Assembly: GCA_964602715.1 (NCBI GenBank)
Contig: CAZRSB010000004.1
Span: 1,109 to 65,108, forward strand
Length of the DNA: 64,000 nt
Direction: 5' to 3'
DNA from: an uncultured Thermoplasmata archaeon
GTDB taxonomy: Archaea > Thermoplasmatota > Thermoplasmata > Halarchaeoplasmatales > Halarchaeoplasmataceae
Shown here piece by piece: positions 1 through 9,112 of the stretch. Under the pieces are notes generated by a model. That model ran no database searches. It saw nothing but the letters and a program-made list of their open reading frames with translations, and was not told the DNA's origin. A program made the position numbers and the translations under genes. Within the stretch, counting starts at the first letter, position 1. Every line of letters starts with the position of its first letter.

Positions 1-250
1 CAGAATTTATTGTAGCACCTATTTTAGTAGATAATACGACTTCTCCTCTGTTAGGTTTTATAACCACTCCTAAAAACTTCTCAGCTTCCTCCCCATAGGT
101 TTCAGCAGTGTCAAAAAAATTGATACCCAGTTCCCTCGCATATTCAATTGTTCTCCTAAATTCATCTTTATCGATTTTTCCATATGCTCCACTCAAAGCG
201 TAACATCCTAGGCCAAGTTCTGATATCGATGTTTTCAAGTCCATCTTCAT
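1..250 (-). CDS. Aldo/keto reductase, N-terminal part (runs off the window edge)
   Basis: Hand translation from the ATG at 250: MKMDLKTSISELGLGCYALSGAYG...IEYARELGINFFDTAETYG...VVLSTKIG. This contains the AKR motifs G-x-N-x-F-D-T-A-x-x-Y and STK. It is absent from the ORF track because there is no stop in the window. Confidence 0.85.
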   Translation of the reverse strand, partial: MKMDLKTSISELGLGCYALSGAYGKIDKDEFRRTIEYARELGINFFDTAETYGEEAEKFLGVVIKPNRGEVVLSTKIGATINS

Positions 251-401
251 CTCGCTCCTATCAATTAATATTTCAAATCTATTTAGTTCTTTGTGATTAT
301 TTACCATAAATCAGTTTTCTTTGTTGAACACCAGATAATGGTCTAATCAGAAATGGGCCTTCATAGGCATGGTATTTATTAACTGGTCGGTTTAAAGATA
401 A

Positions 402-1967
402 TTACTCGTTTAGTACTGGTAAAACCAATTTAGATTCGTTTCCTTCACCCATATACAAAGTATATTCACCTTTTCCCTTCTCCATCAAACTAGAACTCAA
501 TGACAACTGAGGAAAATTGCTACCTGAAATCTCGAGTCCGATCTTGTGATCCTTCTTGAATGTATGAGCGATCGACCAAAGATCTATACGGTATTTTTCT
601 TTTGAATCGGTTCCTTTTATTCTTTTGATCCCGTCGGCTATAAAACGGGCTGTACCGTCTTCATATACATCTACCAATTTGACACATATATCAGATTCAT
701 GCTGTGCTAATCCATAAAGCTCACATATCACGTTCCCAACTACAACGATATCTTGGTCTAGTTTACCAGTAGTAAAAAGTAGTACGTCATGTCTCTGATG
801 AAGTTCGCTCTGGTCCGCTGGACCAGGTTCAAGTCCTGCATCGGGGAACTCCCATACTCTACCTCCTATAGTAGGAACAGGTTCTTTTATTATGTAATCT
901 ACTATTTCAGATCGAGGCGTTATCTCCTTCGAAAGACGGTTTCTTGAGAGATATAGATTTATTTTATCATCAGGTTCCATCTCCTGATCTACATGGATCC
1001 ATCGTTTTTCACCGGTCAAGAAAAGAGCTATATTGCTTTCATCTGTGGTTATCTGGTCGTTGTCTATATCTTTATCCTTCAACCATCTATCGAACCAATT
1101 CACAATGTTTGTTACAACTCCTGGTCTACTTTCTTTTCCAAAATCAACACTATGAAGTTCTTTTTGCTCATCTAGAACCGTGTTGTGAGTCCATGGTCCT
1201 ATGATAAGGTGTTGAGGTGCAGTAGAATTTTGAGAAAAATACTTGAAGAGATCAACGGTAGGGCCTAGACACAGGTCATACCATCCAGACATGTGCATAA
1301 TCGGTATATTTATTCTCGGTAGATATTCTTTAACACTTGTTCTTTTCCAAAATTCATCCTTTATAGGATGTTTGCAGAATTCCTTCCATATTTTGTTAGG
1401 GTAGCCAGCTTTAGAAGCTGCATCTTCCAAAGGGATTGTAGAAAATATCTCCTCCCAATCTATTTCTGAAAGGTCCGGTTGAGGAGAATGAGAAGTGATG
1501 ATAGACCAGGGTAAAGCGTGATGTAGGACCAGCGCACCTCCTCTATGGGTCAGATCGTAAGCGTTAGAAAAGCCTCCTATATTTATCATGGTCTTTATCT
1601 CATCTTTTTTGGATACCGCGGGAAGAGCACATGTAGAAAGATAAGATACGCCAACTATGCCTATACCTTTTTTGTTGTACCAGGACTGTTTTTTGATCCA
1701 ATCTATTGTTTCTAGGCCGTCTTCTTTTTCCTGATTTATAGGATCAAATACACCTTCTGAATCGTATCTACCTCTTACATCTTGTACTACAAGGGCATAG
1801 TCCTCACTTACAAAGATGTCCGCAAAAATCTTCTTATTTTTCCTACCATAAGGAGTCATGATAAGCAATGCTGGATAACTATTTTCTTTTTCAGGTAAAT
1901 AAACATCAGTAGCCAATTTTGTCCCGTCTTTCATAGTGACGTGTGTTTCTTTAATTTTCATAGGCAC
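402..1967 (-). CDS. CocE/NonD family serine hydrolase (peptidase S15-like)
   Basis: DGTKLATDVYLP, TPYGRK, QDVRGRYDSEG, GVSYLS nucleophile elbow, GWYD, IIGPWTH, C-terminal ISGSNFP. Confidence 0.9.
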   Translation of the reverse strand: MPMKIKETHVTMKDGTKLATDVYLPEKENSYPALLIMTPYGRKNKKIFADIFVSEDYALVVQDVRGRYDSEGVFDPINQEKEDGLETIDWIKKQSWYNKKGIGIVGVSYLSTCALPAVSKKDEIKTMINIGGFSNAYDLTHRGGALVLHHALPWSIITSHSPQPDLSEIDWEEIFSTIPLEDAASKAGYPNKIWKEFCKHPIKDEFWKRTSVKEYLPRINIPIMHMSGWYDLCLGPTVDLFKYFSQNSTAPQHLIIGPWTHNTVLDEQKELHSVDFGKESRPGVVTNIVNWFDRWLKDKDIDNDQITTDESNIALFLTGEKRWIHVDQEMEPDDKINLYLSRNRLSKEITPRSEIVDYIIKEPVPTIGGRVWEFPDAGLEPGPADQSELHQRHDVLLFTTGKLDQDIVVVGNVICELYGLAQHESDICVKLVDVYEDGTARFIADGIKRIKGTDSKEKYRIDLWSIAHTFKKDHKIGLEISGSNFPQLSLSSSLMEKGKGEYTLYMGEGNESKLVLPVLNE

Positions 1968-2286
1968 CCTCGCAACGAGCTATAATATCAAATGTAATAA
2001 ATTTTACTCTTTTGAATTGGTTTGTGTTTGTTCTAGAACCGAATCATTATAGAACAAATTCCAAAATGAATTATAGTATAAATCAAAACTTTTAGAACTA
2101 AATTTTTGACATCAAGATAATCGGGATTTAAGACGAATGAGATTTTTTTTTCCAGTAGGTGTGCTTCAGATATAAATGGACACAAATAATCATTCGATAT
2201 TTTGATATTGATTTTAAACAGTCATTAGTATTAGGGCTCATCCGGGACTATTAAGATTGAAAGTATTCTCCCTTTGAGCTAAATTT

Positions 2287-2541
2287 TCATCGATCTTTTC
2301 CTTCGATATCATCTATCCTGTAGCTTCCATATTCTTGTGTCTCTTTACCTTTGATCAAAAGATAATAAATAAATGTTACAATGAAGAGTAAGAACATAAC
2401 TATTGTAACCAAAAGCATAGCTGCCATTACCGATATACCCAGAACCATAGCTACGATCAAGTATATTTCCATATAATGAAGGAAACCTAATAGAAATGCA
2501 ACAATGATTATCAGTGATACAAATTTAGATCTTTTTTCCAT
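2287..2541 (-). CDS. Small membrane protein, unknown function
   Basis: Two long hydrophobic stretches. Start moved to MEKRSK at 2541 because AAAGGTGAA lies just upstream. Lies directly downstream of the AIM24 gene. Confidence 0.55.
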   Translation of the reverse strand: MEKRSKFVSLIIIVAFLLGFLHYMEIYLIVAMVLGISVMAAMLLVTIVMFLLFIVTFIYYLLIKGKETQEYGSYRIDDIEGKDR

Positions 2542-2644
2542 CTTTGAATTCACCTTTTTCTGTTTATCTCCATGAGAGATAAAAGGTAGAGACAAACACA
2601 CCCGATATGGATGCGTCTGAATAATCGTATTTCAGAATTTTCTT

Positions 2645-3406
2645 TTATTTAGAGATATTAAATCCACCGACTTTAATTCCTGTTTTACCCGAACTACTGC
2701 TGCTACTGCTACTGCTACTATCCGTTGAGATATGCTTGCTCAATGCAGCTCCTAGATCACTAAGTGTTAGGCTTCGCAACCAAACTTTTCCTGGTCCCTG
2801 AAGTGTGGTCATGAAAAAACCTTCTCCACCAAATAGAGAACTCTTGATACCACCGACTCTTTCCACATCGAACTTTACAGATGGTTCAAAGGCAGCTACG
2901 TGACTAGTAGAAACTTTCAATAGTTCTTGAGGATTCAATTCTTTTTCTACCAGATCTCCTGTTACATGGATAAAAGCTGTACCTGTACCAGTCAACTTTT
3001 GAAGGAACATACCTTCTCCACCAAAAAATATTTTTCCCAACTTTTTTTGCATATGAGTATCTATATCAACACCTGCTTCTGAACAAAGGTAGGCATTTCT
3101 TTGGACAATGTATTCTGATCCCGGCTGAACGTCAAATGGCAGAATTCTTCCAGGAGATTTACCTCCAAAAGACACTATGCCTTCGCCTCCAATAGTTTCA
3201 AATTTGGTAAGGTAATAAGATTCACCAGAAGCACTTCTTTTTATTCCATCCATAATTCCTCCTTTACGTTCTGTCTTCATCTCTACGTTACCAGACATGT
3301 ATGTAAGAGACCCTGTTTCTCCATATATTGTCTCATTTCCTCCGATCTGAAGAGTCACTAATTCTAGATTATCTCCATCTATTCGATATTTCATTAACTT
3401 ATTCAC
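2645..3406 (-). CDS. AIM24/TIGR00266 family protein
   Basis: Repeated GGEG(M/F)F motifs, GETIYGETGSLTYMS, LQGPGKVWL; Ser-rich C-terminal tail. Confidence 0.9.
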   Translation of the reverse strand: MNKLMKYRIDGDNLELVTLQIGGNETIYGETGSLTYMSGNVEMKTERKGGIMDGIKRSASGESYYLTKFETIGGEGIVSFGGKSPGRILPFDVQPGSEYIVQRNAYLCSEAGVDIDTHMQKKLGKIFFGGEGMFLQKLTGTGTAFIHVTGDLVEKELNPQELLKVSTSHVAAFEPSVKFDVERVGGIKSSLFGGEGFFMTTLQGPGKVWLRSLTLSDLGAALSKHISTDSSSSSSSSSSGKTGIKVGGFNISK

Positions 3407-3625
3407 CTACTGCCCTATCGAATGGATTTATTTAAAATTTAGGATTTCTAGGAATAATTTGACTTTTACCTATTAAAGATATGGGTTAAGTATTAATAAT
3501 GTTCTTTAGAAAATTAATATTCTCCATAATATTCAATTCTGTTCTGACAACATTTAAAGAGATCTCTGTTGAGCTTTATTCTTAACTAGTATTTTTTAGA
3601 GTATTATGGGTTGAACCATAATTTG

Positions 3626-5287
3626 TCACTTTGACTTCAATACATCTTCAACAAAATTAGAAAGAGGATAAACAATCATATGTCCTACGATCTTCTTAAG
3701 AGATTGATTTTTTGAAATTTTTTTAGCTATTGGAGGGCTAATTTTATAATATATATCAGTGAATAACTTACCTGCTCTTCTCTGTAACAGAACTTGGTCT
3801 CTGAAAGTTCTTAAGTTGTCAATTTTTTCTGAGTTTGGATCACCATAAACAGCAGTCGCGATAAAACATCCTCTCCTACCTTCATTTTCAGATCCAATAC
3901 TTTTCTCCTCTTCTTTATCTAAGGCGTTTTTTAAGTCTATCAGTTCTTCCTTGAATCCTTCTTCAAAAGCCTTTATCGATGATAGATTTAAATATCTCTC
4001 TTCTCTCGAGTCCCCATCTTCAATAACTCTCAACCTTAAATATAAATCATCATAATTTTTTATCAGTTTTTCAAAGGGCAAATCAGTATACGCATTAAAA
4101 TAGACCGTATCATTAGGTAATATTAGATCTAGGTGTTTTTCATCAGGAGTTTCGTATATTTTTATATTTTGTTTATTTTTTCTTACAAGATATCTTTTCT
4201 CTCCTTCTTCGGAGATGACCGTTAATCCATTCTTTTTTATTATCTCAGCATCGTCCCCAATTTCATAACCCTTTTTGGTAAAGATCTCAACAATATTTTC
4301 GTGAATCTTTCCCTCTTGAATATACTTTTCAAATTGAGAAATGTCTATATCGAACAAGTGATTAGAATCTAAAAAGCCTTCGCTCTGGAAAAGATCAGAA
4401 TTTAGAGATAAAGTGCATTCTATCTTATTTAATATGTTATTTCTTAAATCCACCATATCTCCTTCTAAAAATATATTTTTTAATTTGCCTTTAGTGTTAT
4501 TTGTGACCTGACATTTGAATTCTAATTCAAAATCGTGGTCTAATTTTATGCCATTATAAGTGTAAACATCGTATTTGCATTTTTCATCTTCATCATCTAT
4601 TTTTATTAACAAATAGAACCTATTTTCATCTACTGCCACTTTCAAATCCTCTTCTGCATCAATTATCTTTGCACAATCTGTTAATCTGTAATTTTTTCTC
4701 TCAAATCCTTTTTTTATTGCTTTAGGCTTCGGTGTCTCTGGAAAATCAATGGAGAAGATCTTTCTTTTTTTACACCCATCCTCTACAGAGTAATATATCG
4801 TCAGATCCATAGATCCTTCAATGATCTCTAACAATCCTTCCCTGTTTAAAGGAACCACTACACCAAGATGGGGCAAGTCTTCCTTGTCTAGAAGACCTAT
4901 GCCTTTTTGTTCTGCGATACTTTCAGCTTTAGAATTAAAACCAGAAGGTGAGATAACAATTCCTTTATTTACTTCAGTGTTTTGAATTATCTCATCTATC
5001 TTCTGGATCGTCTCCTCCCCTACGGGTGAGCTATCTAAAGTGCATTCCACCACGATCTTATCTGAGTGTAGTTCCGACTCATATTCTGCATAAATATCTG
5101 CTTTAAAAGTTTCTCCAGAAACAGTCCTTAACTTATGATCTTTTTTTGTTTCGTATCCACATCTACTGAAAATGTTTTTAACTTCGTTTTTCAAAGTATT
5201 TGCTAAGTTCTCACCACACCTAGGACATCTATTCGAATCCGAAGAAATCATGCCATCACAAGATGGACAGGCGTATTTATATTCCAT
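3626..5287 (-). CDS. Multidomain protein: double Zn ribbon, Mrr-like restriction-endonuclease fold, ~70-aa inserted module, CFI-box-CTERM domain
   Basis: CPSC...CPRC; KADIYAE...IVVECT...KGIVISPSGFNSKAESIAEQKGIGLLD (Mrr_cat pattern); C-terminal GCFIATAVYG...LRTFRD...GKLFTDIYYKISPPIA. Confidence 0.75.
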   Translation of the reverse strand: MEYKYACPSCDGMISSDSNRCPRCGENLANTLKNEVKNIFSRCGYETKKDHKLRTVSGETFKADIYAEYESELHSDKIVVECTLDSSPVGEETIQKIDEIIQNTEVNKGIVISPSGFNSKAESIAEQKGIGLLDKEDLPHLGVVVPLNREGLLEIIEGSMDLTIYYSVEDGCKKRKIFSIDFPETPKPKAIKKGFERKNYRLTDCAKIIDAEEDLKVAVDENRFYLLIKIDDEDEKCKYDVYTYNGIKLDHDFELEFKCQVTNNTKGKLKNIFLEGDMVDLRNNILNKIECTLSLNSDLFQSEGFLDSNHLFDIDISQFEKYIQEGKIHENIVEIFTKKGYEIGDDAEIIKKNGLTVISEEGEKRYLVRKNKQNIKIYETPDEKHLDLILPNDTVYFNAYTDLPFEKLIKNYDDLYLRLRVIEDGDSREERYLNLSSIKAFEEGFKEELIDLKNALDKEEEKSIGSENEGRRGCFIATAVYGDPNSEKIDNLRTFRDQVLLQRRAGKLFTDIYYKISPPIAKKISKNQSLKKIVGHMIVYPLSNFVEDVLKSK

Positions 5288-5432
5288 TATAGAACCTACC
5301 TTTAAATCAGTATTTTTAAGTCACTCAACTTCTAATCACAAATCACCAACAGACAAAGGAATATATAAATTTGATTGAAGGTTTCATAGGAAACTATTAT
5401 ATAATACCGTTTCATGTGAAACTAACGTAATT

Positions 5433-7079
5433 ATGTTCAAGAAATCATTGAAAAAAATACAATTGTTGCTGCAATTTTTCGTTAAAATCTTCAAAATACC
5501 ATTTCACCTAGTCAAAGGTATGAGAAAGGAGGGGTCTTACGATTATTTAAAACAGAGGATGAAAAGACCTAGTAAAGACGAGATCCTTGAGGGAAATATC
5601 CTCCTAGTCATGTTCAAATTAGGATGGCCTATCATGTTAGCTACCTTTTTAAGGACTCTATATAACCTTGCTGATACCTTTTGGTTAGGACGTTTACCAG
5701 GAGAATTAGCAGAGTTTGCTGTAGCGGCTTCAAGTCAAGCATGGTCTGTAGTTTTCGTTATAATGTCCATCGAAATCGGTTTTGGGGTGGCCGCACTTGC
5801 TTTGATCTCGCAATACACAGGTTCTAGAGACTACAAAAAAGCTTCTGACTATGCTGGTCAGCTTTACTTCGTAGTTATAGTTTTTTCTGTTATTCTAGGA
5901 GCTATAGGGTACTTTATATCTCCTTATCTTATGGATATGTTGGTCGGAACTGGACCTGACGCTCCTTATTTAGCACACTACGGAACGGAGTACTTGCAGA
6001 TCACCTTTATGGGTATGCCATTCATGTTTTTGTTCTTCGCATTCATGTTTATAATGAGGGGATGGGGGGACAATGTAACCCCTATGAAGGTAGTGGCTAT
6101 AACTTCCATTTTGAATATATTGATTGATCCAATATTGATATTTGGATCTGGCTACGAATTGGTTTTAGGATCACTTTCAATAACTATACCTAGCTTTTTT
6201 GGTTATTCAATACCCATGATGGGAGTAAGGGGGGCTGCTCTCGCTTCAGTGTTATCAAGAGGTATAGCTGCCTTTTACTCTTTGTACTTGATGTTTTCCG
6301 GTAAGCTAGGTATTGAAGTTGATCTACACCAGTTAGCCCCGGACTTCCAGAAGATCAAAAAAGTACTCAAAGTTGGTATACCCGCTTCTTTTGGAAGACT
6401 TGGCAGTTCCTCAGGTTTTTTATTGTTATGGGCTATAATATATCGGTTACCAAATACTGGTACAGTGGCCGCAGCTTACGGGGCCGGAAATAAAATTTTG
6501 AACATCATGTTTCTGGTTATGGGAGGTATGACCATGGCCATCTCAACTATGGTCGGGCAGAGTCTTGGCGCAGACATGATAAAAAGAGCTGAGGATACAG
6601 CAAGAAAAGGTATCATAGCTCTTACCATATTGATGTCCCTTTTAGCTGTAGTTTTATTCATAAGCAGCCATCTGCTCATAAGGATATTGGTTCCAGGTCA
6701 AGAAGGTGTCATCCAATCTGGGGCACAATTCCTGATGATCTATTCAGTTTCAATACCCTTTTTTGGGATATTCAGAGCTATAAGCCAGATACTTGGGGGT
6801 TCCGGCCATACTGTTCAGCAGATGGGGTTGGATCTATCAAGGATATGGGGTCTCAGAATCGTGATTGTTTTTGTTCTTGCTATTGTGTTAGGTCTCGATG
6901 ACCTAGGATTCTGGATTGGCATGTCAGCTAGTAATTTTGTAGCAGCGGGTGTTGCATTTATAGTATATTCTAAAGGCTGGTGGAAAAAGAAGATAATCAA
7001 AGATGAGCCTTCATCTAGGCTTTCTATACCAAAACCAAAAGAAAAAAAGTCAGAGACGGAGGAGGACAGCAATGGATGA
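5433..7079 (+). CDS. MATE family efflux transporter
   Basis: About 12 TM segments, LGWPIMLATFLRTLYNLADTFWLG, RGWGDNVTPM, GQSLGA. The start could be later (5520 or 5559). Confidence 0.92.
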   Translation: MFKKSLKKIQLLLQFFVKIFKIPFHLVKGMRKEGSYDYLKQRMKRPSKDEILEGNILLVMFKLGWPIMLATFLRTLYNLADTFWLGRLPGELAEFAVAASSQAWSVVFVIMSIEIGFGVAALALISQYTGSRDYKKASDYAGQLYFVVIVFSVILGAIGYFISPYLMDMLVGTGPDAPYLAHYGTEYLQITFMGMPFMFLFFAFMFIMRGWGDNVTPMKVVAITSILNILIDPILIFGSGYELVLGSLSITIPSFFGYSIPMMGVRGAALASVLSRGIAAFYSLYLMFSGKLGIEVDLHQLAPDFQKIKKVLKVGIPASFGRLGSSSGFLLLWAIIYRLPNTGTVAAAYGAGNKILNIMFLVMGGMTMAISTMVGQSLGADMIKRAEDTARKGIIALTILMSLLAVVLFISSHLLIRILVPGQEGVIQSGAQFLMIYSVSIPFFGIFRAISQILGGSGHTVQQMGLDLSRIWGLRIVIVFVLAIVLGLDDLGFWIGMSASNFVAAGVAFIVYSKGWWKKKIIKDEPSSRLSIPKPKEKKSETEEDSNG

Positions 7080-7515
7080 AAAACAAACTGAAGAGACTAC
7101 TATCCATAAATTACACCAGATAGTTCATAAAAGATTGATAAGATTCATAAAAAATGAACTGAAGCCCTATGATTTCAACAGGGGTGAAATACCCCTTTTA
7201 TATAAATTATTAAAAGAGGGAGACGGCAAAACTCAGACAGAAATATGCGATATGCTCCATGTATCTAAGTCCACCACTTGCAAGATAATACAGAATTTAG
7301 TTGTAAAAGGATTTCTTCGAAAGGAAAGAGATGAATATGATAAGAGAGTGACCAAGATATTCCTCACCGATAGAAAAGATGAAATAAAGGACTTGCTGAT
7401 GGAACTGGACGAAAAAGCAGAAAATAAAATGTTAGAAGGATTCGATGATGAAGAAAAAGAACGATTAAGAGATTATCTAGAACGAATTTTCAATAATTTA
7501 GAGAGATCAAAATGA
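7072..7515 (+). CDS. MarR family transcriptional regulator
   Basis: TQTEICDMLHVSKSTTCKIIQNLVVKGFLRKERDEYDKRVTKIFLT. GGAGGA RBS precedes the ATG at 7072, which overlaps the MATE stop. Confidence 0.92.
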   Translation: MDEKQTEETTIHKLHQIVHKRLIRFIKNELKPYDFNRGEIPLLYKLLKEGDGKTQTEICDMLHVSKSTTCKIIQNLVVKGFLRKERDEYDKRVTKIFLTDRKDEIKDLLMELDEKAENKMLEGFDDEEKERLRDYLERIFNNLERSK

Positions 7516-7553
7516 GGAGAAAGTGAAGAGTAAGCTCTTGTTAAAAACACTTA

Positions 7554-8090
7554 TCAGATTTTCTCTTCTACCTCTTTATCTTTTTTATTATCTCTTCTTA
7601 CTAGGACAGAAACTATTATAGTGCCAACAATACCAAATATAAAAATGATCTTCCAAAAAGAAGGTGTATCTACTTCCAATACTTCAATATTTACGGTTTC
7701 TTTACTTTCATCGTAATCTTCGAGCCTTATCCCCAATTCAGCCTCTCTAGGTTCGCCTACTACTATCCATGTAAATTCGCCCACATATTCATCCTCGTCT
7801 ACCTCAGACCAATGGATTCTTTGATTATCTTCAACAAAACCATCAACCAAGTATTCAATATTCGATACCTCTTTATTTTCAGCTTCTTCTAGCTTAGTTA
7901 TCCTGTATTTGATTTTGATCTCTTCAGTCTCCTCGTATTCATCGTTCTCCTCGGGTTCCAATATCTCAATTTTAAATGGAGGTCCATCATTAGCATTATT
8001 TTCTCCCCTAACAATAGGTACAGTTAAAAAGCTAATCAACAAGACGATGATAATAGTGTAAGACAAAATTTTTCCTAGTGTATTTTTCAC
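7554..8090 (-). CDS. Exported protein with C-terminal membrane anchor, unknown function
   Basis: N-terminal signal peptide, acidic beta-rich core (FKIEILEPEENDEY), C-terminal TM helix followed by a basic tail. Confidence 0.7.
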   Translation of the reverse strand: MKNTLGKILSYTIIIVLLISFLTVPIVRGENNANDGPPFKIEILEPEENDEYEETEEIKIKYRITKLEEAENKEVSNIEYLVDGFVEDNQRIHWSEVDEDEYVGEFTWIVVGEPREAELGIRLEDYDESKETVNIEVLEVDTPSFWKIIFIFGIVGTIIVSVLVRRDNKKDKEVEEKI

Positions 8091-8125
8091 TGTTTAACAC
8101 CTGCATAAATTTTCTTTAATCACTC

Positions 8126-8992
8126 TTACAGATAACTGAAATCCTGCCCCATCTCTCTTAATCTTTTCACTCTCTCTTCAGTTGGGGGATGAGAGGAGAA
8201 GAGTTTTGCCATACTTTTACCTTTGAATGGATTCACGATGAATAGAGATGCTGAAGTAGTGCTCCTACTTTTCATCGGATTTTTCTTGTTCTGTGCACTT
8301 AATTTTTCTAGTGCGCTAGCTAGAGCGTTGGGATTTTTTGATATCTCGGCTCCTTTTTTATCGGCTTCAAATTCTCTTTTCCTCGATATCGCCATCTTTA
8401 TTATAAGTGCACCTATAGGCGCCAATATAAGAGTCAAAAGTAGGATCGGATTGGCTCTTCTTCTACCTCTACCGAACATCATCTGGAACATGACCATCCT
8501 TGCCAAGAGGGTTATAGCTCCAGCTATAGTTGCGGCGATGCTCATTATCATCATGTCTTTTCCCTTCACATGGCCTATTTCGTGTGCCATGACTCCTTTA
8601 AGCTCCTCATCGTCCAAAGTATTTAGAATCCCTTTGGTTGCGGCAACGACTGCGTTGTCTTCATTTCTGCCGGTAGCGAATGCATTCGGTGTATCAGATG
8701 GGATGATCGCCACTTTTGGCATTTTTATATCCGCTTCTCTGGCAACTTCCCTGACTATCCTAAATAATCTAGGATTATCGTGTTCTTCGATCAACTTCGC
8801 TTTATGAGATTTCAAGATTATTTTATGGCTGTAAAAATAAGAAATAAGATTCATAGCTCCAGCTATTACTAGAAAGATTAACGCTCCACTAATCCAGTTT
8901 TCCATGAAAAATTCTCCGATCAACCATCCGACTATGATGAAGAATACAAACATGAAACCGAACAATCCCATGGTCTTTGCTCTTGCGCCCAT
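8126..8992 (-). CDS. htpX: Zinc metalloprotease HtpX (M48)
   Basis: PNAFATGRN, HEIGH zinc motif, ISRKREFEAD, FSSHPPTEERV. Start placed at MGARAKT. Confidence 0.93.
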   Translation of the reverse strand: MGARAKTMGLFGFMFVFFIIVGWLIGEFFMENWISGALIFLVIAGAMNLISYFYSHKIILKSHKAKLIEEHDNPRLFRIVREVAREADIKMPKVAIIPSDTPNAFATGRNEDNAVVAATKGILNTLDDEELKGVMAHEIGHVKGKDMMIMSIAATIAGAITLLARMVMFQMMFGRGRRRANPILLLTLILAPIGALIIKMAISRKREFEADKKGAEISKNPNALASALEKLSAQNKKNPMKSRSTTSASLFIVNPFKGKSMAKLFSSHPPTEERVKRLREMGQDFSYL

Positions 8993-9112
8993 ATAGTTTA
9001 AGAACAGATCGAAGTAGTATATAAAGCTAACGAATCGTTTCACCCGAAACTATCTTCCGATCTACATCATCGATAGTGTTTCACTTATTCTCTAGTTTCT
9101 CTTTGTTATGAG

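Noticed and set aside
2690-2722. AGT/AGC repeat run in the AIM24 gene
   Set aside because: Encodes an in-frame poly-Ser linker; not a CRISPR or regulatory repeat.
8223-8807. 194-aa plus-strand ORF
   Set aside because: Exact antisense shadow of htpX with no recognisable motifs.
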